Part shown: positions 49,471 through 60,522 of the stretch, in pieces
Position numbering within the stretch: position 1 is the first letter of the stretch
Layout of the letters: every line of letters starts with the position of its first letter
NCBI GenBank assembly: GCA_051546255.1
Contig: CP128816.1
Location: 1,736,001 to 1,800,000, forward strand
Direction of reading: 5' to 3'
Source: Meyerozyma guilliermondii
Lineage: Eukaryota
Length of the DNA: 64,000 bases
Made by a program: the position numbers and the translations under genes
Notes under the pieces: generated by a model
Databases searched by the model: none
Seen by the model: the letters and a program-made list of their open reading frames with translations, nothing else
What the model was told of the DNA's origin: nothing

Positions 49471-49503
49471 TACAACTCACATACAACTCACTTGTAACTC
49501 ACT
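49471..49503. repeat. 11-bp tandem repeat x3 with AACTCAC core just upstream of EFM3
   Basis: TACAACTCACA TACAACTCACT TGTAACTCACT. Confidence 0.8.
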
Positions 49504-49525
49504 TCTTACATTTATTCAATCATTG

Positions 49526-50383
49526 ATGGACTTTACAACCTGTGTCCGGCAACGAGTGCCACCCAAATGGATTATAAAACCAAAGTCATCCGAAAACATA
49601 GAAGAAACTTTTCAATCTGTATTACCCCACAATCCATACTACGTGAAAAAAGTTATTGGAAAATTGATTCAAGATGCTGAAAATGAGGGAGAAGCACCGG
49701 AAATGCTCTATGAAATGTATTGCTGGCCACAAGTGCTACAAGCTAAAGAATTGAAGCCAACAGATACCGATATTGTTGCTTATAAAGTTGGATCAGCACA
49801 GATATGGATTCCAGAAACCCCACGCCTCATATCCGGAATGGGCACTACAGGATTACGAACATGGGAAGCGTCATTGTTCCTCTCGGAGTATTTTGTCCAT
49901 GAAGCTTTTTTGGTCAATAAAAGTGTACTAGAATTGGGATGCGGCACCGGACTTGTGGGCATCTCATTGCTTAAAAACAAACTATGTGAAAGTGTCATAT
50001 TCACAGATGGTGACATTGGAGTAGTTGAGAAAATGAGCAACATCTTGAGTCACAATGGAGTCAATGGCAACTCTCAGCAACTTTTATGGGGAGAATCTCA
50101 AGTTCCATCCGTTGATATTTTAGTCGCTGCCGACGTCACATACGACATATCTGTATTACCTAGCCTACGCGAGACACTAAAAAGTGCATTTTCATCCGGA
50201 TGCCAGCAAATATTCATAGCTGCAACAATTAGAAACGAAGACACAATTCTGGCTTGGGAAAATGAACTCACAAACCATTTCAAATGGAGCGTCATTGCCT
50301 CAAAAAATCATAGCAACATCAATCTTCAGTGCTGGTATCCGCCACAAACTCCCGACATCAAGATATACAGTATAGAAATATGA
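49526..50383 (+). CDS. EFM3: Protein-lysine methyltransferase (Methyltransf_16 family; eEF2 methyltransferase-like)
   Basis: RQRVP, NPYYVKKV, ETPRLISGMGTTGLRTWEAS, VLELGCGTG, FTDGD, LLWG, AADVTYD and ATIRNEDT. Confidence 0.85.
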   Translation: MDFTTCVRQRVPPKWIIKPKSSENIEETFQSVLPHNPYYVKKVIGKLIQDAENEGEAPEMLYEMYCWPQVLQAKELKPTDTDIVAYKVGSAQIWIPETPRLISGMGTTGLRTWEASLFLSEYFVHEAFLVNKSVLELGCGTGLVGISLLKNKLCESVIFTDGDIGVVEKMSNILSHNGVNGNSQQLLWGESQVPSVDILVAADVTYDISVLPSLRETLKSAFSSGCQQIFIAATIRNEDTILAWENELTNHFKWSVIASKNHSNINLQCWYPPQTPDIKIYSIEI

Positions 50384-50740
50384 CTGTATAAGTTTTACAC
50401 ATTTTTCCACGTTCCATATTTATAAGCTTCACGTTAACTGTTACTTACATCTTGTATGTCTTAGTAGGGTAGACACACTCAAAGTAGTTTTCCGACAAAA
50501 AGTGTGAAAAAGTTCAGACCCAGGCTTACTGCTCAATTGCGTACATGTGTCTGTATACTGAAACTGTAAGACTCGGCTAGGAGGCTACTTGGCTTCATGG
50601 CTGTAAAGTCTTAGGCATTTGCAGTCATAGATATACATCTCTACACCACAGACGAGAAAGACCTGCATACAACACGCTCATTTTATTGGTCAGGATTCAA
50701 AGCCGAAGAGAAACCAGTGCGACGGACACAATTCATCAAA

Positions 50741-51157
50741 ATGCCAGCTAGATTCCCAACCCCCGTTTTCAAATACTACTGGCCATACGCTACTGGAGGT
50801 ATGTACCGACTCAGCAGACAACGTAACAAGTTTGATTGGTTTCGAAAGACGCTGTAATTCGGATTAAATGCGACGCTCTTTTCGACCCTTTTTCTTCGTC
50901 TATTAAGCGATGAACTGGAAAGAAAACGACGTGAAAACGCGTAGAATATACAATTGAGAGATCAGAAAGAACCACAAACTTTTTTGGCGTCATTTGGCGC
51001 TTTTTCCTTGAAAATTACTAACTCAGCCGGTATCACATACTACCTCATCTACAAGGCCAGCATTGCTTCCATGAACTCCGATGAGTTTATCAATGACCCA
51101 AGACACCCCAGATTTGCCAAGGGCGGCAAGTTCATCGACTTGGAATCGAAAAACTAG
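50741..51157 (+). CDS. ATP18: Mitochondrial ATP synthase subunit i/j, join(50741..50798, 51027..51157), 62 aa
   Basis: Intron GTATGT(50799)...TACTAACTCAG(51026). The spliced product is MPARFPTPVFKYYWPYATGAGITYYLIYKASIASMNSDEFINDPRHPRFAKGGKFIDLESKN. Confidence 0.93.
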
Positions 51158-52177
51158 GTGTGTAGAAATAGATACATTATTGAAAACTGTAGACGAAAAG
51201 TGGCTCAGCTCAGGTAAACTGGATTAATGTGTTTTTTGCGGAGAGTTACTCTGTTGGACATGTCAATGTGACGTCGATCCAATGAATGGCTCCATGTACG
51301 ACAACTGCATATTATGAACCACTCAGCAAATTACTTATTCAGCTCAACTCTTGAGAATTTCAGTCTCAGACAAATTCGGTCCAAACACCAATTCTAGGCT
51401 ATGTCTCAATTGGCTCGTTTGTGGTACACAAAACCTATCATTGTCTGTGCTATAAGCTTGTGAGCAAATTTTCCTTCACTTTTTTTTCTTTAGGCAAGTA
51501 GTCTCTCACCCCATCTCTACAAACAATAACTGCGCACGAGTCTCATGTAAGATTATGTAGTTCCGCGCAGTACATTTAGCCGATGAAATGATCTAGCTGC
51601 GGTAATTGAATTTCAGTTCCCCTATTGGCAAATTTGCATTGCCCCGACCATAGTGCGGCTCGGTTCCACATGTGCCATTGTATACCTGCAGAAAATTTTC
51701 TTATCGGTGTGTCATGTGTCACTCTATTGGGTGAAAAAAACTTTAAACCAAATAATAGGCAACATCGGTAACCCCTTTGAAGTGCTTGCATTCGAAGAGA
51801 CTTTCAACTTAAATTTAAGCGGACCCAACTTGAGTTTGTAGTAGCATCGGAGATTTAAACTTTATTCCGCATTTAAAATTGTATTTTGGGGCGTTTCAAA
51901 TCATTTCCTACCGTCACTTTCCAACTTTGGAACGTGGATGTCAACCGAATAATAACAATAGCTGTAAAAAATTTGGTATTGTTGCAGGACTTTCATATAT
52001 TACAGAAAAAATTTGTGCCAAGTTTAGGTGACATCAAGAAGTCCAATAGTAAATCAAGACTTGAAAAAGCCTAAAGCGACTACAACAGGCAAAGACGTTG
52101 AAAACAGGAAAAAGCAGGACTTTTTAAAATATCAAAGTGATACCCCAATATAATTGTCTGGAGCATAACTCAAATTT

Positions 52178-54127
52178 ATGGAACACAACTCCCATACCTC
52201 CATGACTGAAAAGACCATGAATCTGGTGCACATGTCGCCCAGACAGACGACGGGTACGACTGTCGACGAATACTCAGGAGAATCGGTCAATTTACTGCCC
52301 TATTCGTCTGGTGAAAAACCGTCAGTAGTTAGACGGTTCGTGGATTCTTTTAAGCCATATGATTATTCCCAGCTACCTATTCAGTATTTCACCTCCCATT
52401 CTGCGGTAGACTACATCAACTCCAATCCACTGGAATTTCAACCGGAAATGCACCCAAATCATCCTGATTTCGATTACTCCAAATTGAGTGAACTTGAAAG
52501 AAATGCTATTGTCACGTCGCTGCTGCCTCTTTCTAAGCAACTCAAATCAAGACACTTGCAAATGATTGCGTTGGGCGGATCCATAGGAACTGGTTTGTTC
52601 GTTGGAGTGGGTTCGTCGCTACTGGCCGCTGGACCTTTTGGTCTACTTATCGTATGGCTTTTCATAGCGCTGGTTATCTTTGTTACGATGTCGTCATTGG
52701 CAGAGTTGGCGGTAGCATTTCCAATCTCAGGAGCCTTTATTACATTCAACTCTCTCTTCATCGATTCGCTGTGGGGGTTTGCCATGGCATGGAACTATGC
52801 CCTTCAGTGGTTAGTCACCCTTCCCTTGGAGCTCGTAGCAGCATCCATGACGATTCAATACTGGAATAGCCACGTCCTGCCGGCAGTCTTCGTTGCTATC
52901 TTCTGGGTATTAATCTGCATAATTAATCTCTTTGGAGTGAAGGGCTACGGTGAGGCAGAATCAGTATTCAGTATCATCAAAATTGTGGCCGTTGTGGGTT
53001 TCATTATCCTTTCTATCATTATCATTTCGGGTGGTGCACCTCCTGAACACCGTTATATAGGAGGATCGAATTGGCATGGCCCAGATGGAGGAATGTTCAA
53101 TTCAAGTGAACCTTTCAAGAACATGTGTTCCACAATATTCACCGCAGCATTTTCGTTTGCAGGTGTGGAGTTATTTGGCTTAGCATCGTGTGAAACAGCA
53201 AACCCCAAGGCTTCCATTCCTAAAGCCATGAAACAAGTGTTCTGGAGAGTTCTCATTTTCTACATTGGCTCTATCATCATGATTGGGCTCTTGGTTCCCT
53301 ATAAGCTGTCACAACTTTTGGGAAATAATACCAAAGCAGCAATTGCTGGCGTCGACATTAATGTATCACCGTTTGTTATCGCCATTCAATCAGCAAAGAT
53401 CCCAGCGCTTCCTTCTATCATGAACGCTGTTATCATCATCACAGTTTTGTCTGTTGGTAATTCGAGTGTCTACGGTTCATCCCGTACTCTTGCCGCATTG
53501 GGTGCGTTGAGACAGGGTCCAAAAATCTTGAATTACATCGACCGCCGAGGAAGACCTCTTGTTGCACTCGCAGTCCAATTTGCTATTGGGTTATTATGTT
53601 TCTTGGTACTTCTTCCCGGTAAGAATGGAACAGCAGATGCTTTCAGTTGGATGCTTTCCCTACTGGGATTGTGTTCTATTTTCACGTGGTGGTCTATCTG
53701 CCTTTGCCATCTCCGATTCCGAGCAGCATTACGAGCAAGGGCTCGTGTGGCAGAAGAAGAATTGGTATATACCACCAATATCTGGGGTTCATGGTATGGA
53801 CTTATTACTCTTGCGATAATCTTGGGATTACAATTTTGGGCTGCTCTTTTTCCGACTGGGAACGGTGGTAAGGCCGATGTGAAAGGATTCTTTCAAATCT
53901 ACCTCGGTGGACCAGTAGTTTTTGTCTGTTATGCGCTCCACAAGATCTATGCATACTTTTATAAGGGGGTACCCTTGACGAAATTTTATTACGACGCCAA
54001 AGAAATCGATGTTGATACTGGCAGACGTGAGATCGATCTTGAAATCGTAAAACAAGAAATTGCAGAGATGAGAGAGCAGGCGAGAAACCGTCCATGGATT
54101 TACAGACTTTATAATGTATTTTGTTAA
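52178..54127 (+). CDS. Amino-acid permease (YAT/APC family, Gap1/Hip1-like)
   Basis: LKSRHLQMIALGGSIGTGLFVG, GFAMAWNY, GVKGYGEAE, FSFAGVE, SPFVIA and DVDTGRR; about 12 TM; C-terminal FC. Confidence 0.93.
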   Translation: MEHNSHTSMTEKTMNLVHMSPRQTTGTTVDEYSGESVNLLPYSSGEKPSVVRRFVDSFKPYDYSQLPIQYFTSHSAVDYINSNPLEFQPEMHPNHPDFDYSKLSELERNAIVTSLLPLSKQLKSRHLQMIALGGSIGTGLFVGVGSSLLAAGPFGLLIVWLFIALVIFVTMSSLAELAVAFPISGAFITFNSLFIDSLWGFAMAWNYALQWLVTLPLELVAASMTIQYWNSHVLPAVFVAIFWVLICIINLFGVKGYGEAESVFSIIKIVAVVGFIILSIIIISGGAPPEHRYIGGSNWHGPDGGMFNSSEPFKNMCSTIFTAAFSFAGVELFGLASCETANPKASIPKAMKQVFWRVLIFYIGSIIMIGLLVPYKLSQLLGNNTKAAIAGVDINVSPFVIAIQSAKIPALPSIMNAVIIITVLSVGNSSVYGSSRTLAALGALRQGPKILNYIDRRGRPLVALAVQFAIGLLCFLVLLPGKNGTADAFSWMLSLLGLCSIFTWWSICLCHLRFRAALRARARVAEEELVYTTNIWGSWYGLITLAIILGLQFWAALFPTGNGGKADVKGFFQIYLGGPVVFVCYALHKIYAYFYKGVPLTKFYYDAKEIDVDTGRREIDLEIVKQEIAEMREQARNRPWIYRLYNVFC

Positions 54128-54543
54128 TGACAATTATCTATTTGCAGCCAATGCACATATTTAGCCGCGGTTCCGTATCAAACCCCCAACGTGCGTTGAA
54201 ACTTGACTTTTGACATATGCAGTACGATTGCCTAATCGATCTGCAGTTTCCACACGCACGGCGATAGAGCCACATGATTTATGCAGGAAAGGAACCAACA
54301 AGGCATTTATTATGCATCAATTTCTCCAAACGAGCTCTCGAGAGTCAGCACAGACTTTTGCTTTACTTCTTTGATTTAGATCCAGCTCAAACATCATGCA
54401 CAAAATGAAGATAAATCACTGAAATGTCTTGTTTTCCAATCAGATTATCTAATCAGCTATCAATGTGGTGTATTGATCTTCACTTTTCGGCCCGAAGATG
54501 ATGTTAATGAATTTGAAATTTGCGTTTTCCCAAACATAATTCG

Positions 54544-56100
54544 ATGGCTAGACCAGCTGTATTCAAATCATGTTTGCATGAGATTTCCACAGTCTACATG
54601 ATATGCTTAGCTCAGTTTTTGGCTCAGGGAGGAGTGTTAATGGCTTTGAGTACAAAAAACATCATTTTGCAATCGTTCAATGATCCAAATTTTGACCACT
54701 CACAGGCTGTCTGGTTTATGGGGTCCTTTGCATTGACGGTGGGAACATTCATCTTAATCAGTGGGAAGATCGGAGACGTTTTTGGATTGAAATTAGTTTT
54801 CGTGGTGGGATGGGTATGGGTGTCAATTCTCTCCATCATCACTGGTTTCTCCTACTATTCAAAGTCTGTCATCTTTTTCATCATATGTCGGGCACTCCAG
54901 GGAATTGGATTTGCCTTGATTTTGCCTTGTGGAATGGGAATACTTGGAACGCTTTATCCTAATGGTGAACGTAAGAATATTGCATTTGGTTGTGTGGGAG
55001 CACTGGGTCCTTCAGGTGCTTTTTTTGGAGCGTTTATGGCTGCAGTCATTGCGCAATTAGCGTGGTGGCCGTGGGTGTTTTGGATAATGGGAATCGTGGC
55101 AGCTATTGGTGCCGTGATCTCGTATTGGGTTATCCCCATGGAACTCACCAATAAAGAATGTTCGACAAGGGAAAAGCTTAGGAGGATAGATACCTATGGG
55201 TCATTAACAGGAGTGGCAGGACTTGTTCTTCTTAATTTTGTATGGACTCAAGGACCGGTTGTCGGATGGGGTACGGCGTATATCATCATACTTTTGGTGG
55301 TTTCTCTTGCACTCACTGGAATCTTTTTCTATTTAGAGGTCAAGGTGATTGAAATGCCTTTACTTCCCGCAGGAGTGTTTAATCGAAAAATAGGGCTTTG
55401 CCTTTTATGTTTGGGTTTGGGATGGGGATCGTTTGGAATATGGCAGTACTATTATTGGAGTTTACTCTTAGACCTTCGCCATTACACTTCGATTCACGGT
55501 GGATTAACGTACCTCACTTTTTGCATCATGGGAATTATTGCAGCATTGCTGTGTGGGTTTATTATGTCTCGAACAAGCCCATCTTACATCATTTCTTTTG
55601 CATCAATTGCATTCATGTGTGGTTGCATTATGCTTTCGGTCACCCCTGTCAAAGAAAGCTTCTTTCGCATGTCCTTTGGCCAGCTTTTCATTCTTGTGTG
55701 GGGAATGGACCTTAGTTTTCCTGCTGCATCCTTGATCTTGTCCGATAATTTACCCATTGAACAGCAAGGAATGGCAGGGCTGTTAGTAACAACAGTAACA
55801 AATTTTTCTGTTTCCCTTATTTTGGGAATCAGTAGTACCGCCGAAATCGAGGTCTTTAGGCGTACTGGTGATACTCTTCTGAGTTATCGTGCAGCATTAT
55901 ATTTGGGGATTGGTGTGTCTGGTCTTGGAGTATTATGCTCGTTTGTGTTTATCTATCAACAATTAAAAGAGTCAAAGCAGATCAAGGAACAAGAGAAGAT
56001 GGGCGAGATAGACCAAGAAAATCACGAAAGCACTTTAAGACCAACTACCGATAAAAGCGACTTGACTGAACAAGCCCTAGACATCAGTATATCCAATTAA
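54544..56100 (+). CDS. MFS transporter, DHA2 family (Atr1/Amf1-like)
   Basis: WFMGSFALTVGTFILISGKIGDVFG, RALQGIG, LGWGSFGIWQYY, GMDLSFPAASLILSD and QQGMAG(S)LV. First ATG at 54544. Confidence 0.9.
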   Translation: MARPAVFKSCLHEISTVYMICLAQFLAQGGVLMALSTKNIILQSFNDPNFDHSQAVWFMGSFALTVGTFILISGKIGDVFGLKLVFVVGWVWVSILSIITGFSYYSKSVIFFIICRALQGIGFALILPCGMGILGTLYPNGERKNIAFGCVGALGPSGAFFGAFMAAVIAQLAWWPWVFWIMGIVAAIGAVISYWVIPMELTNKECSTREKLRRIDTYGSLTGVAGLVLLNFVWTQGPVVGWGTAYIIILLVVSLALTGIFFYLEVKVIEMPLLPAGVFNRKIGLCLLCLGLGWGSFGIWQYYYWSLLLDLRHYTSIHGGLTYLTFCIMGIIAALLCGFIMSRTSPSYIISFASIAFMCGCIMLSVTPVKESFFRMSFGQLFILVWGMDLSFPAASLILSDNLPIEQQGMAGLLVTTVTNFSVSLILGISSTAEIEVFRRTGDTLLSYRAALYLGIGVSGLGVLCSFVFIYQQLKESKQIKEQEKMGEIDQENHESTLRPTTDKSDLTEQALDISISN

Positions 56101-56724
56101 TAACTAATATAGATAATAGATCTAGAAGCTACACTTACCACTGCTCACAATCTCAGTAATGACCAGCAACTATTCAAATACGAAAAGTACTTCTATTGCT
56201 GCTCAGAATTATAACTACCTTTTTTGCACCCACTCGCACCTATTTAGTCGTGCGCGAAAATCTCAACAACTACACTTGACGGAACAGAGAAGGTACTTTG
56301 GAGTAATTTTCTAGGTCGCAGGAAGGCAGTTTAAAGTACAAAGACAAGCTTCAACAAGTGATCTCACTCCAGGAAGGCTCTAAGTGGTATAAAGTTTGAT
56401 TGATCGATAGTTTTTGACACCTTTCTCAACCTGTCAAATTGTGTCTTGAGATTGCCGGTTTGGGTCCAAAATAAGTAAACGTTCCAATTTTGCGTTGACT
56501 GACAGAATCATCTGCTCCAACAAACTAGTAGTGCCAATTGATTCCCTGGAAATTTTTTATTCAGATTTCAATTGCATTTGAGCAGATCATCTGGTATTGA
56601 AGTTCATTTTGCAGTTTAGTTGAACATCTTCCACCTTGCTTGAAAACAGAAATCAATAGCGTCTTGTGGCTCATAAAAATTCTTTGGTATTATTTGAACT
56701 TCCTTCAACCTCCATTCCATCACA

Positions 56725-57795
56725 ATGTCGAAACCATTTCCCAAAAGACTGGAACTACAGGATCTTGTTAAAGAGTTTCAGGCCAAGTTGGGTGGTGATT
56801 GGGATAAATACCATGAGTCACTCAGTCTTTTTTTAGTGGGAAAACTTTCCAGAGCTGAACTTGTTTCGCAAATAACCCCAATTCTAAAAGGTGGTCTCGT
56901 GAAGTATCACAATAAACTCCTCCTACTTAACTTTGTGAGTTCATTAAAAAATGGGCCATTGGACTACCAAAATGAACTTGCGTTATTTTGGAACAAGAAA
57001 GCGAACAAAGGAAAGACTGTTCGATCGAGCCAATATGAAAAGTTCAAGCAGAATATCATGGGCCTTCCTTTGCGAGAAAGACGCAGAATAAAAAACATCA
57101 CTCGTGACAGTGGTAAGAAGGGAAAGTTAAGCGCGTCAATTACACTTACTAGACATGCATTGCTTCCCAAAATACCAATGATACAAGACAAAGAACAGCA
57201 GAAACTTCAAGTTAATAACTTGGTGCAATGGCAACAAGACGTGGTGAATGGAATAAATACTCCTCTTTCGACGCAAACATACGAAATCCCTGACTATGAG
57301 GATTTGAGTCGCCATGTGCTCATGACAATGAGAGAATATGGGTTGACTGGCGGAGCCAGTATACCTGCTCTCGAAATGATAATCTTGGGACTAGAAACCC
57401 ATCTTCGCAATATCGTCGAGAGTGCCATAGATGTTGCAAGATATAGAAAGCACAAGTACTCTGCGAATGACATTGTTTCTGCAATTGGCATTGACCCCGA
57501 TGGGCCGAAAGAAACGACTCCTGAAACTCCCATGCCCCAAGTAACTCTTCATATCGAGGACTTGTTCAACACACTCGAGATGTATCCGCATTTAATCGAA
57601 CCTTGTGGCTCAAAATTGAGATTACCAAGTATAACGCTTGAGAATGACGATATGATTGATACTAAGTATGAGTTACCTCCTCGAGAGCAGAACGACGAGG
57701 AAGAAATAAAGGAAGAACCCGATAAACGAACAGCACATCTTGGGACAACTGATGAGCTCAAATGGGTGCTTCATGATCTTATAACGACAACTTAG
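56725..57795 (+). CDS. HFI1: SAGA complex subunit Ada1/Hfi1
   Basis: LG..WDKYHESLSLFLVGKLSRAEL..HNKLLL, REYGLTGG..GLETHLRNIVESAID (histone fold) and IEDLFNTLEMYPHLIEP. Adjacent to a VIK1/CIK1-like gene and YAH1, as in S. cerevisiae. Confidence 0.9.
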   Translation: MSKPFPKRLELQDLVKEFQAKLGGDWDKYHESLSLFLVGKLSRAELVSQITPILKGGLVKYHNKLLLLNFVSSLKNGPLDYQNELALFWNKKANKGKTVRSSQYEKFKQNIMGLPLRERRRIKNITRDSGKKGKLSASITLTRHALLPKIPMIQDKEQQKLQVNNLVQWQQDVVNGINTPLSTQTYEIPDYEDLSRHVLMTMREYGLTGGASIPALEMIILGLETHLRNIVESAIDVARYRKHKYSANDIVSAIGIDPDGPKETTPETPMPQVTLHIEDLFNTLEMYPHLIEPCGSKLRLPSITLENDDMIDTKYELPPREQNDEEEIKEEPDKRTAHLGTTDELKWVLHDLITTT

Positions 57796-57833
57796 TCTAT
57801 GTATAGTATACCAGTATGTATAATTATAAACTT

Positions 57834-59618
57834 CTATTTTTGGTGTCGTTGTTTTACTGCCTCCAATGCTGTGATTATTTGTTCGTCGGGCTGCGATATG
57901 TGTAATGAGCGATTATTGTGACAATAATCAATCAAAGACTTTAAAGAGGGGTCCTGCCCCAAAATTAAATCGGGCTGAACACTTAAATCAGCACCACTAA
58001 TATCAAGAACAACCATATCACACTGCCGCACGATACCGTTGATGGTTCCGTAAATGCTCAAGATTGATAGGTGGCCCTTACTATGTTCTGGAATGGGTAT
58101 TCCTTTCAAGTCCTTCGAACTCTCGATGACCATCTTCTGGGCACGTATGTCCTCTAGGCTAGCTTTGACTTCTGCGGCTACTGGCCGTCTAGAATCTAGG
58201 AGATCCACGGATGGAGTTTGCCCAACATCAAGACACCTCAAGGCATACTCAAACGACCATCCTTTAAATGCTGGAGACGCGGTTCTTTCAAGAATCAGTT
58301 CAAAGCAAGACGACAAAATTTGGGACACGAAACCTGGCTGTTTATGCCCAGAAATGATGATCCCGCAATTCAACATACGCTTAACAGAAGTGCCAACAAA
58401 ACATAGAAACTCATCGATTATCTCTTGATTGCAACTGTCTTTGGAAAACTCTTTTGCAAAGTGAGTAGAGCTCCTTGGTGAATCTCTGACATAAATTCGA
58501 GGACCTCGTTCATAATCCATAATAGCATCTTCAAGCATACGCCTGTGGAGGTTGTGAACATTGAGCTGTTCTCGAGCCTTTCCGAATGATTTACCTTCTT
58601 CTGCAACTGCAGCTTTCCATCTAGATGCTTCTGCTTTTGCTTGGGCGAGGTTGTTTTCCGCCTCAAGTAGCTCATTCAGAAGCTGAGCCTTATCGGCTTC
58701 AAAACGTTGTACATTTTCCTTTATCCTTTTGATTTCATTTTCCAATTGACCATTTTCATCACGCAATTTTTTTATTGATGCCTCCATTTCATTCACTTCA
58801 CTCTCCACTGATTGAAACTCGACCAATTTTGATTGGTATTGGTCTTCGAGAGCGGATGCCTCGTTTGTTTTTGAAGCAAGCACCCTGTTCATTTCTTTTT
58901 CAAGGCTCGAAGCCTCTTCTTTGAATTTGCGTTGGTTTTCTGCAACGACTTTGGCATATTTCTCTTCTAGTACCTTGGTCTCGTCCCGCAACCTTTGCAC
59001 TTCTGCCAAAAGCTCTTCATCGTTGTAGTTCTTCGCTGCTGCCAATTCATCCTGTAATTGAAACTTGGCTTCGTTATACTCTGACGTGAGTTTATTAATC
59101 AAGTCTTTCACTTGCAAATTCATCATTTGTTCGCGATGCAGAACATTTTTCATGATGCGGTCCTCAGAGTACTCGAAGCGTCCCTTTTCAGTGGCTATCT
59201 GGGCATCTAGGTCAGAAACCTTATGTAGGATCTTCTTGTGACTTCGGCGAAGTTCAACCATGTCTGTCTGTAAAGCTTCATGTTTAGATCGAAGGTCCTT
59301 CAACTGAGAGTCCAATTCCACCTCAAGGTTCTTCTGGCGCTCCAAGTGACGATTAAACAGTTCTTCAGCATTAGATGAGCGATCGGGTCGCCTGGAATCC
59401 ACTTGTTGTGATTTTGATTTGCGAACGAAATTCTGATTCATATCCAAAAGCCTATTGATATGAAGTAGATCTAGCAGCGGTGAAACTTGTGCTGGAATCG
59501 GCTTCGGCGTTGGGATTCGAGACCGGGTTTCAATTCGTGCCATGTCGAAAGTGAGTGACTTTCGTTTCAAAGATGAAACATTAGCCTCGGTAAGGGGCCG
59601 CTTCTGTGGAGACGGCAT
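57834..59618 (-). CDS. CIK1: Kar3-associated non-catalytic kinesin-like protein (Cik1/Vik1 family)
   Basis: Long coiled coil, neck-like RRMLEDAIMDYERGPRIYV, and a degenerate motor-homology region with no GQTGSGKT P-loop. Lies between HFI1 and YAH1/VTI1. Confidence 0.78.
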   Translation of the reverse strand: MPSPQKRPLTEANVSSLKRKSLTFDMARIETRSRIPTPKPIPAQVSPLLDLLHINRLLDMNQNFVRKSKSQQVDSRRPDRSSNAEELFNRHLERQKNLEVELDSQLKDLRSKHEALQTDMVELRRSHKKILHKVSDLDAQIATEKGRFEYSEDRIMKNVLHREQMMNLQVKDLINKLTSEYNEAKFQLQDELAAAKNYNDEELLAEVQRLRDETKVLEEKYAKVVAENQRKFKEEASSLEKEMNRVLASKTNEASALEDQYQSKLVEFQSVESEVNEMEASIKKLRDENGQLENEIKRIKENVQRFEADKAQLLNELLEAENNLAQAKAEASRWKAAVAEEGKSFGKAREQLNVHNLHRRMLEDAIMDYERGPRIYVRDSPRSSTHFAKEFSKDSCNQEIIDEFLCFVGTSVKRMLNCGIIISGHKQPGFVSQILSSCFELILERTASPAFKGWSFEYALRCLDVGQTPSVDLLDSRRPVAAEVKASLEDIRAQKMVIESSKDLKGIPIPEHSKGHLSILSIYGTINGIVRQCDMVVLDISGADLSVQPDLILGQDPSLKSLIDYCHNNRSLHISQPDEQIITALEAVKQRHQK

Positions 59619-59865
59619 TGTATGCAAAATTTATGGGAGACACAACGCGGTCAGAATGCTCAATATAATGATAGTAGTGCTCAAAAATGTCCTCAAACAA
59701 GTAAATTAGTGCTAGGTTAAGTTTATACCTGGTGCAACCACTGGTGTAAACAGATGCGAAAGGTTGTCTCATCCCACTTACATAATCTTCAGATTCGCGG
59801 CATTGGGAGCTGTTGCAGCGCTTACATTTAGCTGAAACACCATAGGTTGATTCATATTTACATGG

Positions 59866-60429
59866 TTAGTTAAAGTCCCGGATTTGCAAGTTCCTGGTCA
59901 TGGCCGGCAATGCAACTCTGAGTCCGTCTAATTCTTTTGTCATTTTAATTTGGCACCCTAATCGGGACGTCTCGGTAAGTCCGAACGCCAAATCGAGCAT
60001 ATCATTTTCATCATCATCGGGTTCAGGAATCTCGTCGTAGAATTCAGGATCCACAATTACATGACATGTCGAGCAGGCACAAGATCCGCCGCATGCACCT
60101 TCCATATCCAAATTATGTGCTTGTGCGATGTCCAAAAGGTTGTCACCTTCAGCAACCTCAAAAGTATGTTGCAGTCCATCCTTGGTAATGAAAGTGATAT
60201 GGAGCTCCTCACCAGGCTTGGGCTTATGTATATGGCCGTGGAAAAGAGGTGTAGAAGTATGAAGTCCTCGGATGGAACCATGAAGATTGCCCAAAGTTCG
60301 CAATTGTCCTCTACTTTTTGCAGGTGTCATGATAATACTTTTGTGCAAAGCAACACGAGGAGATTGCGCACGCACGGTAACCAGCGCCTTGACGCCTGTG
60401 CGTCCCCACATGGACCGGAAGGTATTCAT
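59866..60429 (-). CDS. YAH1: Mitochondrial [2Fe-2S] ferredoxin
   Basis: Presequence; MEGACGGSCACSTCHVIV, DDDENDMLDLAFGLTETSRLGCQ and ALPAMTRN. Confidence 0.96.
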   Translation of the reverse strand: MNTFRSMWGRTGVKALVTVRAQSPRVALHKSIIMTPAKSRGQLRTLGNLHGSIRGLHTSTPLFHGHIHKPKPGEELHITFITKDGLQHTFEVAEGDNLLDIAQAHNLDMEGACGGSCACSTCHVIVDPEFYDEIPEPDDDENDMLDLAFGLTETSRLGCQIKMTKELDGLRVALPAMTRNLQIRDFN

Positions 60430-60522
60430 GAACTATGATTTCGCCTCAATTTTTCTTCATCTCATTAGTCGCGACCCCTATACAGGAGCACGCAAAATCG
60501 TAGATAACATTACTGATTAACA

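Noticed and set aside
46530..49520. Centromere or solo LTR in the AT-rich orphan region
   Set aside because: No TG...CA element with target-site duplication and no retrotransposon coding remnants were recognised; centromere status cannot be judged from this window.
49370..49525. Telomerase RNA gene suggested by the template-like TACACCAGTACACC
   Set aside because: Only about 140 nt separate it from the EFM3 start on the same strand, too little for a pseudoknot, three-way junction and Sm site, and none of these was recognised.
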